A DNA stretch of 51,506 nucleotides from an uncultured Erysipelotrichaceae bacterium. GTDB taxonomy: Bacteria > Bacillota_I > Bacilli_A > RFN20 > CAG-826. The notes under the pieces are model-generated. The model was given only the letters and a program-made list of their open reading frames with translations. It did no database searches and was not told where the DNA came from. Shown one piece after another: positions 1-9,361 of the stretch (position 1 is the first letter of the stretch; each line of letters starts with the position of its first letter). The position numbers and the translations under genes were made by a program. The DNA lies in the NCBI GenBank assembly GCA_900317295.1, contig ONGB01000004.1, positions 15,303 through 66,808 of the forward strand, read 5' to 3'.

Positions 1-450
1 CTTCATCATCTTCCCAAGGTTCATAAGCGCCAAGGAAGCGATGACGAGGCTTAATCCGGTCAATCCCGCATAAACGGTGAATAGGCCTAGATGCGGTTTG
101 AAACGATACGCGGGGACGTGGAAGAGGAAGCACATCGCGACGGCTTTTAATAAACCTAAGGCGGATAGAAGGATCCCTAAGACCAATAGGTGGGAGAAAT
201 CGGGATCGGAGCAGGCGAATAGAAGCGAAGAATCCAATAGCAGCACCGCGACCGCGAGGGCGTAAACCGGAACGCGGGTCCATGGGCTTGGGCGTTCCCC
301 GCCGAGCTCGAAGGGGAAATCCGATAAGGGGGAATAGGGACGGCCCTGCCCTTTTCTAGAGACGAGGTTCCCAAAGAAAAGCAAAAGCAACAAAGAAAGG
401 ATCGATAAGGCCAAGCCTAACGTCGTTTCGGCGATGAAGGGCCCTTTCAT
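1..450 (-). CDS. Multi-pass membrane protein (partial, runs off the window)
   Basis: ATG at 450 overlaps the rpe stop (ATGA). Open hydrophobic frame MKGPFIAETTLGLALSILSLLLLLFFG... continues to the window edge. Confidence 0.7.
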   Translation of the reverse strand, partial: MKGPFIAETTLGLALSILSLLLLLFFGNLVSRKGQGRPYSPLSDFPFELGGERPSPWTRVPVYALAVAVLLLDSSLLFACSDPDFSHLLVLGILLSALGLLKAVAMCFLFHVPAYRFKPHLGLFTVYAGLTGLSLVIASLALMNLGKMMK

Positions 451-1103
451 AGAGCGAGGAGCCCCCTGACCCGTTCTTCATAATCCTCATGGCCATATAG
501 ATAAGACCCGGCGACGAGGATCTCCGCGCCTGCGCTTACGGCGATCGGGGCGGTCTCCGCGTTGATGCCCCCATCGACTTCGAGGAGCAATCCGCGTGGG
601 TTTTGCGATAGTTTTTCGCGGTAAATCGATAATTTCTCCGAAGCGGAAGATAGGTATTTCTGCCCCCCTTTGCCCGGTTCCACCGACATGACGAGGATCA
701 TATCCGCGTCCTCGAAGAAGGGGAAAAGCGCCTCCGCGGGGGTATTGGGTTTTAAGGAAATCCCGGCTTTGAGGCCGAGGGAATGGATAAGGGAGATAAA
801 GCGATGCGCTTCCTCCTCGTCCTTGCAGGCTTCGATATGGAAGGTGATCGAATCGGCGCCGGCTCTGGCGAAGGAAAGGATATGCTCCTCCACCGCTTCC
901 ACCATCAGATGGACGTCGTTGACCATATGATGGATGCCGTGGATTCTTTCCACGAGGTCGGGCCCGAAGGTTTTGTTTGGCACGAAAAGGCCATCCATCA
1001 CATCCAAATGGAGGTAGGTGGCGCCGGCTTTCTCCATCTTGAGGACTTCCTCTTCGATATGGGAGAAATCGGCGGATAAGACGCTCGGGGCGACGATGGC
1101 CAT
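447..1103 (-). CDS. rpe: Ribulose-phosphate 3-epimerase
   Basis: APSVLSADF, HLDVMDG-FVPN, DVHLMV, MSVEPG-GGQ, EVDGGIN, VAGS motifs. Confidence 0.97.
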   Translation of the reverse strand: MAIVAPSVLSADFSHIEEEVLKMEKAGATYLHLDVMDGLFVPNKTFGPDLVERIHGIHHMVNDVHLMVEAVEEHILSFARAGADSITFHIEACKDEEEAHRFISLIHSLGLKAGISLKPNTPAEALFPFFEDADMILVMSVEPGKGGQKYLSSASEKLSIYREKLSQNPRGLLLEVDGGINAETAPIAVSAGAEILVAGSYLYGHEDYEERVRGLLAL

Positions 1104-1972
1104 TATTTGAACCCGAAGATCTTCGAAAGAAGACCCTTCCTTTCCTTGAAGTTATCGCGGTCCGCCATCGCCTGGGCCACCGCTTCGCCTAGCGCCGCCG
1201 CGGAGGGATAGCGCTCATCGGGCCGTTTGCGGCAGGCCTCGATGATGATGCGGTCCAAAGAAGGCGGGATGACGGGCATCGATTTGGAGGCCTCGGGGAA
1301 GCGTTTCTTCAGATGCTTCTCCGCCACTTCCTCCGGCGTTTTGCCATCGAATGGCACGTGGCCGACCAAAATCTCATAGAAGAGGACGCCCATCGCGTAA
1401 ATGTCATTGGAAATTGCCGCCGGCTCGCCGGTGAGCACTTCCGGGGCGCAGTAATAGATCGTTCCTTGGATCGAGTCCCCCGCGGGTTTACCGATCGGGG
1501 CGGAGATCCCGAAGTCGGAGATCTTGACGGTGCCATCGGGCATATAGAAGAGGTTATCCGGCTTCAAATCGCGATGGACGAGGCCATGCTTATGGATATA
1601 TTCGACCCCGGCGGTCAGCTGTAACATCACTTCGCAAGCCTCATAGGGGCTTAGGTATTGCGAGAAATTGAGCTTATCGCGCAGGGTTTGGCCTTTGATG
1701 TATTCGTTGGCCATGAACGGGCGGTCCTCGACCACCCCGAAGCCATAGACTTGGACAATGTTAGGATGATGGAGGCTCGCGGCCGCCTCGGTCTCGTTTT
1801 TGAAGCGTTCCAAATTGATCGGGTCCTTAAGCAGGTCTTCCTTCATGATCTTGAGGGAGACGATGCGCTTCAAAATGAGGTCGTTGGCCTCATAGACGTC
1901 GGCCATGCCGCCGGTCGCGATGCGGGAGACGATGCGGTAACGCCCATCGATCTTATCGCCGATCTTGATCAT
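1103..1972 (-). CDS. prkC: Hanks-type Ser/Thr kinase, PrkC/PknB-like, kinase domain only (no TM or PASTA)
   Basis: GGMADVY, HRDLKPDN, DFG, APE motifs; downstream of a PP2C gene; ATG at 1972 overlaps the upstream stop. Confidence 0.9.
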   Translation of the reverse strand: MIKIGDKIDGRYRIVSRIATGGMADVYEANDLILKRIVSLKIMKEDLLKDPINLERFKNETEAAASLHHPNIVQVYGFGVVEDRPFMANEYIKGQTLRDKLNFSQYLSPYEACEVMLQLTAGVEYIHKHGLVHRDLKPDNLFYMPDGTVKISDFGISAPIGKPAGDSIQGTIYYCAPEVLTGEPAAISNDIYAMGVLFYEILVGHVPFDGKTPEEVAEKHLKKRFPEASKSMPVIPPSLDRIIIEACRKRPDERYPSAAALGEAVAQAMADRDNFKERKGLLSKIFGFK

Positions 1973-2712
1973 AGGATGGCCTCCCAATAGGCGATGCCGA
2001 TGTTGTCGCTTCCGCCATTGCCATTGGCATCGATGATGAGGGATTTCACCTTCTGGTCGGCGCGCTGATCGGAGGCCAAAACCGCGCGGATCTCGGTCTC
2101 GGAGAGGTTGTTATATAGCCCGTCGGAGCATAGCAAAATCGATTCGCCATGGTAGGAACGGGAATAGAGGTCCATCGCCGCGGAGGGGAAGATGCCTAAG
2201 GCATTCATCAAGGCGTGGCGTTCCGGATGGGTATAGATTTCCTCTTTGTCGATCTGCCCGGTGCGATAGAGGTATTCGACGTAGGTCTGGTCGTTTGTTA
2301 GGTGGAGCATCCCGATCTCCGGGGAATAGATGTAGGCGCGGGAATCGCCGACATTGGCGACGTAGAGGCGGTCCCCGATCAATAAGGCGGCGACCAGGGT
2401 GGTGCCCATCCCGGCGTAATTCTTGTTCTTCTCCGCCTGCTCATAGATGAGCGAATTCGCCGCGCGGATCGCCCTCATCAGCCAGACTTTGGGCAGGAAC
2501 CACGGGGTTTTCTTGTTGCGGAAGGCCTCGGCGAGGGATTCGATCGCGGTCCTGGAGGCGTAGTCGCCTTTGTTTTGGCCGCCCATCCCGTCGCAGACGA
2601 TCAAAAGGACGTCGCCGTGCTCATTGGTCAAGACGGCGGCTTGGTCCTCGTTGGACACGCGGACCCGCCCGATGTCGGTCATATGGGCGTAATTTCCCTT
2701 GTAGCGTTTCAT
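1969..2712 (-). CDS. prpC: PP2C-family Ser/Thr phosphatase (PrpC/Stp1)
   Basis: TDIGRVR-NED, CDGMGG, GTT, NVGDSRAY, LLCSDGL, GGSDNI. Confidence 0.95.
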   Translation of the reverse strand: MKRYKGNYAHMTDIGRVRVSNEDQAAVLTNEHGDVLLIVCDGMGGQNKGDYASRTAIESLAEAFRNKKTPWFLPKVWLMRAIRAANSLIYEQAEKNKNYAGMGTTLVAALLIGDRLYVANVGDSRAYIYSPEIGMLHLTNDQTYVEYLYRTGQIDKEEIYTHPERHALMNALGIFPSAAMDLYSRSYHGESILLCSDGLYNNLSETEIRAVLASDQRADQKVKSLIIDANGNGGSDNIGIAYWEAIL

Positions 2713-3758
2713 TTCAGGTCCCTTTTCACGTATTTGGCGCGCAGTTGCCCGCAGGCGGCGTCGATGTCGCTGCCGAATTCCTTGCGGACGGTGGTGTTGA
2801 TCCCCCGCTTCATCAGGCGGTCGGCAAAGGCGCGGACCGCGGAGGAGGGAGAGCGCTTATAGGGCTTTTCCTTCACTTCGTTATAGGGGATGAGGTTGAC
2901 GTAGGCGTAGATGCCGTAATGGTGGATGAGGTCGGCGAGTTCATCCGCTTGGGAAAGGCTATCGTTTTTCCCGGCGAGCATGATGTATTCGAAGGTGACC
3001 CTCCTGCCGGCGGATTCTTCGTATTCCTTGATCGCGGGCATCAAGACATCCAGGGGATAAGCCCGGGCGATCGGCATGATCTCCTTGCGGATTTCGTCAT
3101 TCGGCGCGTGGAGGGAGACGGCCAGATTAATCTGGATCCCCTCCTTCCCGTATTGCTTGATGCGCTCGGGGAGGCCGCAGGTGGAGACGGTGATGTGCCT
3201 CGCCCCGATGGCGAGGCCGTTTTGATCGTTCGCGGATTTGATGAAATCGAGGACGTTATCGTAATTGTCGAAGGGTTCCCCGGTGCCCATCACGACGATG
3301 TGGGTGACGCGCTCCCCGCGTTCGGCGAGGACTTGGTTCATCACCATGACCTGCCCCATCATCTCCGCGTGGGTCAAAACGCGTTCACGCTTGATGAGGC
3401 CGGAGGCACAGAAGGCGCAGCCCATCGAGCAGCCGACTTCGGAGGAGACGCAGACGGCGTTGCCGTAGTTATAAGGCATCAAGACGGTCTCGACCTTCGC
3501 CCCGTCTTCCATTTCGAGGAGGAGTTTGATCGTGCCGTCTTGGGCGTCTTGCCGACGGAAAATCTTCGGGAGGGTGAGGCGGTAATCCCGCTTCAAGACC
3601 TCGCGAAAGGCCTTCGACACGTCGGTCATTTGGTCGAAGTCCAATACCCCTTTCTGATAAACCCAGGCATAGAGTTGCTTCCCGCGGAATTTGCTTTCGC
3701 CTAAAGCGAGGAATTCCTCAGTCAGCTTGGGCAGGGGGAGTCCGAGAAGATCCTTCAT
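2709..3758 (-). CDS. rlmN: 23S rRNA m2A2503 / tRNA methyltransferase RlmN (radical SAM)
   Basis: CVSSEVGCSMGCAFCASG, MGTGEP, SLHA, FEYIML, IDAACGQL. Confidence 0.96.
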   Translation of the reverse strand: MKDLLGLPLPKLTEEFLALGESKFRGKQLYAWVYQKGVLDFDQMTDVSKAFREVLKRDYRLTLPKIFRRQDAQDGTIKLLLEMEDGAKVETVLMPYNYGNAVCVSSEVGCSMGCAFCASGLIKRERVLTHAEMMGQVMVMNQVLAERGERVTHIVVMGTGEPFDNYDNVLDFIKSANDQNGLAIGARHITVSTCGLPERIKQYGKEGIQINLAVSLHAPNDEIRKEIMPIARAYPLDVLMPAIKEYEESAGRRVTFEYIMLAGKNDSLSQADELADLIHHYGIYAYVNLIPYNEVKEKPYKRSPSSAVRAFADRLMKRGINTTVRKEFGSDIDAACGQLRAKYVKRDLK

Positions 3759-3772
3759 GGTCCCCCTCCTCC

Positions 3773-5098
3773 TTACTCCGCGGCGGCGCTGCTAATGGGC
3801 GCCGAGGCGGGGGCTTCCGCCACTAACGGGGCGTTCGGGGCGATCGTGAGTTCCTTCTCCTTCTTCTCGAAGACGGCGAGGAAAGCGGCGTTGCCCGGTT
3901 CCTCGAAGGGGAAGTGCTGCTTTTCTTCAAGGAGTTTGAATTCGGGATGGGTCTGCAGGAATTTGGCGATGGTCATGTGGCCTTCTTTCTTGGAGATCGT
4001 GAAGACCAGATAAAGGAGCTTCCCGCCTTCTTCCACGAAGGGGGCGGCGTTCTCTAGCGAGGCGGCCTCGCCTTCGATGATCTTATCCATCTCGTCCTTA
4101 TCGAACTGCAGGAAGAAGTCCGGGGCGGAGGGGATGTCGTCGAAGGAGGTGGAGCGCGGGGCGACGAGGACGAGCTCGGCGGGGCGCGAGACGGCGGAGG
4201 TCAAGGTCTCCCCATTTGGGGCGGCGAAGAGATTGACGTTATGGAGGCCCTTCTTCTGGATGGCGCGGAGCACCGGGGCCTTCTTGGAGAGGTCGGGGAC
4301 GGCGATGTTCATGCCGATGGATTCGCCATATTTCTCGATGAGCTCGAGCTCGAGGAAGCAGGTATCGCTGCCGTTATAAAGGAGGATCTCCTTCGGAGGA
4401 TTGACGGCATATTCGTCGAGCACCTTCTTCGCGAAGGGTTTGATTTCAAAGAGCTTCTCGGCGCGGACGAGCTCGTTGCGGCGGAGGCTCGTCTTGCCAT
4501 GGTAATCGACCAAATCGGCGAAATCGCTCCGCGGGGAGAATTCCGGATTGGCGGTCACTTCGTCGAGGGAGACGCCGCCTTTGACGCGGAGAACGCTAGA
4601 GGCGGGGCGAGAGAATTTCTTCAGGGTGCGGTAGGTGTTGCCGAAACCGAAATGCTGGAAGATCTTCAGCACCCATTCCGGGGCGTTATAACGGAGGGAG
4701 AGATAGAGGTTGGAGCTGCGGGAGATCGATTCGGGGATATAGGAATCGGGGTTCCCGACTTTCTCGTATAACGGGGAAAGCAAAGCGAATTTCTCCTCGC
4801 CTAGCTTTTCCTTGATCGCTTCGTCCATGACGTCGCGTTCGTAGTGGCGGAAGAAATAATCGTTAGCGAGCCCAAGGGAAGCGATGCGCTTCTCCTCTTC
4901 GGTGAGGTCGATTTCCTTTAGGAGATAGGTGAAAAGGAGGTGATGGCGGAGTTCGCATCCGAGCAAACCGGAGACATTGGCCCGCATCGGGCGGAGCTCC
5001 GGGGTGCTTTGGAAGGTCAGGCGAAGGGCCTCGGAGAACGGCAGATGGTCATCGAGGACCTGATTGAGGATCTTGATGGAGAGATCGAGTTCTTGCAT
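3773..5098 (-). CDS. rsmB: RsmB/Sun-like protein (NusB-like plus MTase fold) with degenerate catalytic motifs
   Basis: Occupies the syntenic rsmB position and has a similar length. LSLRYNAPEWVL and GGKLLY...EG...FL..HPEFKL are recognisable, but DAPCSG is VAPRSTS and YSTCT is YLVFT. Confidence 0.75.
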   Translation of the reverse strand: MQELDLSIKILNQVLDDHLPFSEALRLTFQSTPELRPMRANVSGLLGCELRHHLLFTYLLKEIDLTEEEKRIASLGLANDYFFRHYERDVMDEAIKEKLGEEKFALLSPLYEKVGNPDSYIPESISRSSNLYLSLRYNAPEWVLKIFQHFGFGNTYRTLKKFSRPASSVLRVKGGVSLDEVTANPEFSPRSDFADLVDYHGKTSLRRNELVRAEKLFEIKPFAKKVLDEYAVNPPKEILLYNGSDTCFLELELIEKYGESIGMNIAVPDLSKKAPVLRAIQKKGLHNVNLFAAPNGETLTSAVSRPAELVLVAPRSTSFDDIPSAPDFFLQFDKDEMDKIIEGEAASLENAAPFVEEGGKLLYLVFTISKKEGHMTIAKFLQTHPEFKLLEEKQHFPFEEPGNAAFLAVFEKKEKELTIAPNAPLVAEAPASAPISSAAAE

Positions 5099-5115
5099 GG
5101 ATGTTCCTCCTACTT

Positions 5116-5622
5116 TCAGTGATTCCCTTTGTTCTTTTGGGCCTCTTCGAATTTCTCCTCGAAGCCCTCGAAGGCGTTGCCGAGGTAGACGTCGCCGCCT
5201 TCCTCTTCATGGTCTTCATGTTCGTGTTCGTGCTCTTCTTCCTCTTCGTCCTCGAGGGTGATGTCGTGGACTTGGGAAGCGGTGATGTAGCGTGGGTAAT
5301 CCGGGTGGATTTTCTGGTAATGGCTATGCTGCTCGAAGTAATCGAATTCGACTTCGATGTGGATCGCGAAAGGCGACAAAGTCGAAAGAAGGTAATCGGC
5401 GACCCCTTTCTCCAAGGCTTCGTAAGCGTGCGGGGCGCGGACGATGACGAGGACGTTCCAAGACGTCTGCTCGACCCCGTTATGGAGGAGGACGGTCTCC
5501 GTGGAGGCGAAATTGATGAGGTCCGGATCGGACTCATAGAGTTGGGCGAGGTTCTCAAGATGCTCGCGGGAGTATTGGCCGACGACGAAGTGGTCGAGGC
5601 CGATGATTTGGATGGTGATCAT
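5116..5622 (-). CDS. DUF1904/tautomerase-like hypothetical protein with Glu/His-rich tail
   Basis: N-terminal pattern resembles DUF1904 (by eye); tail EDEEEEEHEHEHEDHEEE; host-like codon usage; within the operon. Confidence 0.6.
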   Translation of the reverse strand: MITIQIIGLDHFVVGQYSREHLENLAQLYESDPDLINFASTETVLLHNGVEQTSWNVLVIVRAPHAYEALEKGVADYLLSTLSPFAIHIEVEFDYFEQHSHYQKIHPDYPRYITASQVHDITLEDEEEEEHEHEHEDHEEEGGDVYLGNAFEGFEEKFEEAQKNKGNH

Positions 5623-5697
5623 GTCGAAAAGTACCTTCTGGAATCGCTTAAGTATAGCACGCGCGCAAAATTGTGCGCGTCAAAGTTAAGGCAAACT

Positions 5698-7893
5698 TCA
5701 ATATTCGAGCGGATCGATGTCGATGGTGATCCCCACACCGCCTTTCCCGGCGTAGGCGTCGAGGAGCTCTTTTAAGACGGTCTTGACCGCCTTAGGATCC
5801 TTGAAGCGGACCAAGACGTTCCTCCGATGGCGGTCCCCCAGCATCGAGAAATAGGGCACCATCGGGCCGATCGCCTCGACATTAGGCAGCTTTTTGGAGA
5901 GGATCAGATCGCGGATCCCCAAAGCGGCCTCGACGCAGCGTTCTTCGTCTTTGGCGGAGAAAAGGAGGTTGGCTAAGTAAAAGAAAGGCGGGTATTTGTC
6001 GGTATGGCGTTCCTGCATCTCGCGGAAATAGAAGCGTTCGTAGTTCTGCTCCGCGCCCAAAGTGATCGCGTAATGGTAGGGATTGTAGGTTTGGATGAGC
6101 GCTTCCCCGGGCAAGACCCCCCTGCCGCTTCTCCCGACGGCCTGAGCGATGAGTTCAAAGGTCGATTCGGCGGCGCGGTAGCTTGGCAAAAGCAAGCCGA
6201 TGTCGGCCAAAACGACCCCGACTAAGGTCACCGCGGGGAAATCATGCCCCTTGGCGATCATCTGGGTGCCGATGAGGATATCGAATTCCCGGTCGCGGAA
6301 CTGACGGAGGATCTTCGCGACGTTGTTCTTCACTTTCCCGATGTCGCTATCCAAACGGCCAATTCGGGCTTCGGGGAGGTATTCTTGGAGGACTTTGACC
6401 GCCCTTTCGGTGCCGAAACCGATGCGCTGGATCTCCTCCGAGCCGCATTCGGGGCAGGCTTCGGGATAGAGCTCCACATAGCCACAATGATGGCATTTGA
6501 GCATCCCGTCTTCCTTATGGTAGGTCAGGTTGCTATGGCATGAAGGACAAGTGAAGGCGTGGCCGCAATGGGAACAGGTGACGAAAGAGGAATAGCCGCG
6601 GTGGTTTACTAGGAGCATCACCTGTTCTTTTTTCTTTAAACGGTCCTCGATCTTCTCGATGAGGATCTTGGAGAAGACGCGGTCGTTCTTCATCATGATC
6701 CGCCGGTCGCGGAGGTCGATGATCTGCGTCTTGGGAAGCGAGCGCTCGGCGACACGATGAGCGATTTTAGCTAACCCATACACGCCTTTTTCGGCGCGGG
6801 CCTTGGTTTCGAAGCTCGGGGTCGCGGAGCCTAAGACCACCTTCGCGCCGAAATGCTTGGCGCGCATGATGGCGACTTCCCTGGCGTGATAAAAGGGGAC
6901 GGAATCCTGCTTATAGGATTCGACATGCTCCTCGTCGAGGATGATGAGCCCGATGTTCTCCAAGGGGGCGAACACGGCGCTTCTGGCCCCGATGACGACG
7001 GAGGCCTTTCCTTGGGCGATTTTGCGGTATTCGTCATATTTCTCCGCCGGGGTCAGCTCGCTATGGAGGATCGCGACGTTCCCCTCGAAGCGGCGGGAGA
7101 AATACTCGACCATGATCGGGGTGAGGCTGATCTCAGGCACGAGCATGAGGATGTTCTTCCCCTGCTTGAGATAGGCTTCGGATAGATGGAGGTAAACTTC
7201 GGTTTTTCCCGAACCCGTCACGCCTTGAAGGAGGGTGACCTGCTTATCGGTGTCGAGGATATATTGGTAAGCCGCCCTTTGCTCCTCGTTGAGGGGATGG
7301 GGCTGTTCTTTTTCGAATTCGGGGATGATGAGGCGTTCTTTTTCCTTTAACACGATGCGGACGCGGCCGGCTTTGACGAGGTTATCCAAAACCGTGGGGG
7401 AACCCGCTTCTTTCCTTAGGATCGTCTTGTTCGCGGCGACGAGGCGCAGCATCTCGATCTGCTTGTCGGTGAGTCCTTCTTCGCTGGGATCGAGGAGCTC
7501 CACCCACTTCTCATAGGCGATTTTGGGGCCTTTTAAAGCGGAACGGTGCGGCCTTAAGGAAGAGGGCAGCATCGCCTGGAGGACGGAGATGCGCGGGGCG
7601 AGGTAATAGGAGGCGACTTCGTTGGCGAGGTTCAATAGTTCATCGTTAAGCAAAGGTTCCTCATCGACGATGTCGGTGACGTAAAGGAGCTCAAAGCCGA
7701 AATGCTTTTCTAGTTCTTCCTTGCTTAACGAAGTCTCTTCGACGTGGTTGACGAAGCCCATGATCTTGGTTTGATGGAAATCGATGAGCACGCGAAAGCC
7801 AAGCGCGATCTCCTTATCCCCGGCGTAGAGGTAGGTAAAGACGCGGTCAAGGGCAGAGGTGCCATGTTGGACCAGGACTTCCAGTATTTTCAT
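5698..7893 (-). CDS. priA: Primosomal protein N' (replication restart helicase)
   Basis: LQGVTGSGKTEVY, LVPEISLT, DEEH, SATPS, two CxxC zinc pairs, GTQMIAKGHDF, GRSGR. Confidence 0.97.
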   Translation of the reverse strand: MKILEVLVQHGTSALDRVFTYLYAGDKEIALGFRVLIDFHQTKIMGFVNHVEETSLSKEELEKHFGFELLYVTDIVDEEPLLNDELLNLANEVASYYLAPRISVLQAMLPSSLRPHRSALKGPKIAYEKWVELLDPSEEGLTDKQIEMLRLVAANKTILRKEAGSPTVLDNLVKAGRVRIVLKEKERLIIPEFEKEQPHPLNEEQRAAYQYILDTDKQVTLLQGVTGSGKTEVYLHLSEAYLKQGKNILMLVPEISLTPIMVEYFSRRFEGNVAILHSELTPAEKYDEYRKIAQGKASVVIGARSAVFAPLENIGLIILDEEHVESYKQDSVPFYHAREVAIMRAKHFGAKVVLGSATPSFETKARAEKGVYGLAKIAHRVAERSLPKTQIIDLRDRRIMMKNDRVFSKILIEKIEDRLKKKEQVMLLVNHRGYSSFVTCSHCGHAFTCPSCHSNLTYHKEDGMLKCHHCGYVELYPEACPECGSEEIQRIGFGTERAVKVLQEYLPEARIGRLDSDIGKVKNNVAKILRQFRDREFDILIGTQMIAKGHDFPAVTLVGVVLADIGLLLPSYRAAESTFELIAQAVGRSGRGVLPGEALIQTYNPYHYAITLGAEQNYERFYFREMQERHTDKYPPFFYLANLLFSAKDEERCVEAALGIRDLILSKKLPNVEAIGPMVPYFSMLGDRHRRNVLVRFKDPKAVKTVLKELLDAYAGKGGVGITIDIDPLEY

Positions 7894-7902
7894 CCAATAT
7901 CG

Positions 7903-8460
7903 TTAGTTTTCGCGGATGATCTTCGCGATTTCCGCGGCGGCGCGTTCGACGTCATCGTTGACGACGACGTGATCGTATCTGTCTTGCATGCCCATTTCGA
8001 TGCGGGCTTTGTTGAGGCGTTGCTGGACGATGTCTTCGGGTTCCGTCCTGCGGGAACGGATGCGGTTTTCTAAGGCCTCCAAAGAGGGAGGGATGAGGAA
8101 GATGGAAAGGGCGTCATGGCATTTGGAGAGGACGGAGAGGGTGCCATTGACCTCGATTTCGAGGAGGACGTTCTTGCCCTGCTCCCGCATCTGCTCGACT
8201 TTGTCTTTCGGGGTGCCGTAGCGGTTGCCGACGAATTCCGCCCATTCGAGGAGGTTGCCGTTATCGATGTTGCGTTGGAACTCCTCGGGGGTGACGAAAT
8301 AGTACTCGCGGCCATCCACTTCGCCGGGGCGCGGCTGGCGGGTGGTCATCGAGACGCTATAGAAAAGCTTCAGCGATTCGTCTTTCATCAAGACGGCGCG
8401 GACGGTGCCCTTGCCGACGCCGGAAGGGCCAGAGAGAATGATCAGCTTCCCCTTTTCCAT
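7903..8460 (-). CDS. gmk: Guanylate kinase
   Basis: SGPSGVGKGT, TTRQPRPGEVDGREYYF, EWAEFVGNRYGT; ATG at 8460 preferred over the longer ORF start. Confidence 0.96.
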   Translation of the reverse strand: MEKGKLIILSGPSGVGKGTVRAVLMKDESLKLFYSVSMTTRQPRPGEVDGREYYFVTPEEFQRNIDNGNLLEWAEFVGNRYGTPKDKVEQMREQGKNVLLEIEVNGTLSVLSKCHDALSIFLIPPSLEALENRIRSRRTEPEDIVQQRLNKARIEMGMQDRYDHVVVNDDVERAAAEIAKIIREN

Positions 8461-8665
8461 TTGCGATATTTTCTTCCCAAGCCGCGCGCATTGCAACCCG
8501 CGAGAGGAACTTTTTGAAATTCTTCGCCGCCAAAATCAATGGGGATTTCCGCCAGTTTTGATAAATCCAGGCGGGATTTACGCTAGTTTTCGCGCTGGTT
8601 TTTCTTTTTCGATTTCTTAGAAAGCACCTTCCCAACTTTTTCTTTCTTCTTAAAATATCCCCGAT

Positions 8666-9313
8666 ATGGAAGAGCGGATTCAGGAACGCGGCGAATGGGA
8701 ATTCTCACGGCTTGGGTTCCTTTTTTATGATCTGACCCACATCCTTTTGGCGGTGGTCCTGATCCCCTACTTCGCCGTGGCCTGGCATTCCTCTAGCGAC
8801 AAGATGATTCCCGGAGAAGGCGTGATCGCGGAAAGCCTCAGCCTCCTATGTTCCTTGATCCTCATCGCCTTCCTTCGCCTTTATAAAGGCGGCAACGAGG
8901 GGGAAAAAGAGCATCCGGCCTTCTCCTTCGCTTGGACGCTCGTGGGATTATCGCTATTCCTGCCCGCGCTCATCGATTTGATTTTCTTCTTCCTCCGCTA
9001 CCCCGACGAATACCCCTTCTCCTTCGCCCCGATCATGAAATACATCACCCTGGCCCTCTTGGGCATCGGATTGGCGCTCTCGCTAGTTTCGCTTGGGCTA
9101 GTGAAAAGCCAAAAGCCTTGGAAGACCCTGATCTTCCTCGCGATCGGCTTCTATGTGATCGCCCTACTGCCCTTCGTCGTCGGAAGCGTCGTCGTTTCCG
9201 CTGGGGAAGCCACCGCGATGCATTGGGCGGAGGTGTTGGATCTCATCGGCTTCTTCGCGGTGCTCTTCCCCGCCTTCTTCGCCTTCCGCGATTTCCTGAT
9301 GCGTAAGATTTAA
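8666..9313 (+). CDS. Multi-pass membrane protein of unknown function
   Basis: About six hydrophobic segments; TAAAAT upstream. Confidence 0.7.
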   Translation: MEERIQERGEWEFSRLGFLFYDLTHILLAVVLIPYFAVAWHSSSDKMIPGEGVIAESLSLLCSLILIAFLRLYKGGNEGEKEHPAFSFAWTLVGLSLFLPALIDLIFFFLRYPDEYPFSFAPIMKYITLALLGIGLALSLVSLGLVKSQKPWKTLIFLAIGFYVIALLPFVVGSVVVSAGEATAMHWAEVLDLIGFFAVLFPAFFAFRDFLMRKI

Positions 9314-9361
9314 CTATTGCCTCTTTTTTCTTTTATACTTATTCCGCAAGGAGGCTTTCCT

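Noticed and set aside
2745-3704. Long antisense ORFs in the GC-rich core (e.g. 2745-3704, 9314-10183, 15386-16171, 20084-20800)
   Set aside because: Shadow frames of well-supported genes on the opposite strand, caused by codon bias; no motifs or RBS
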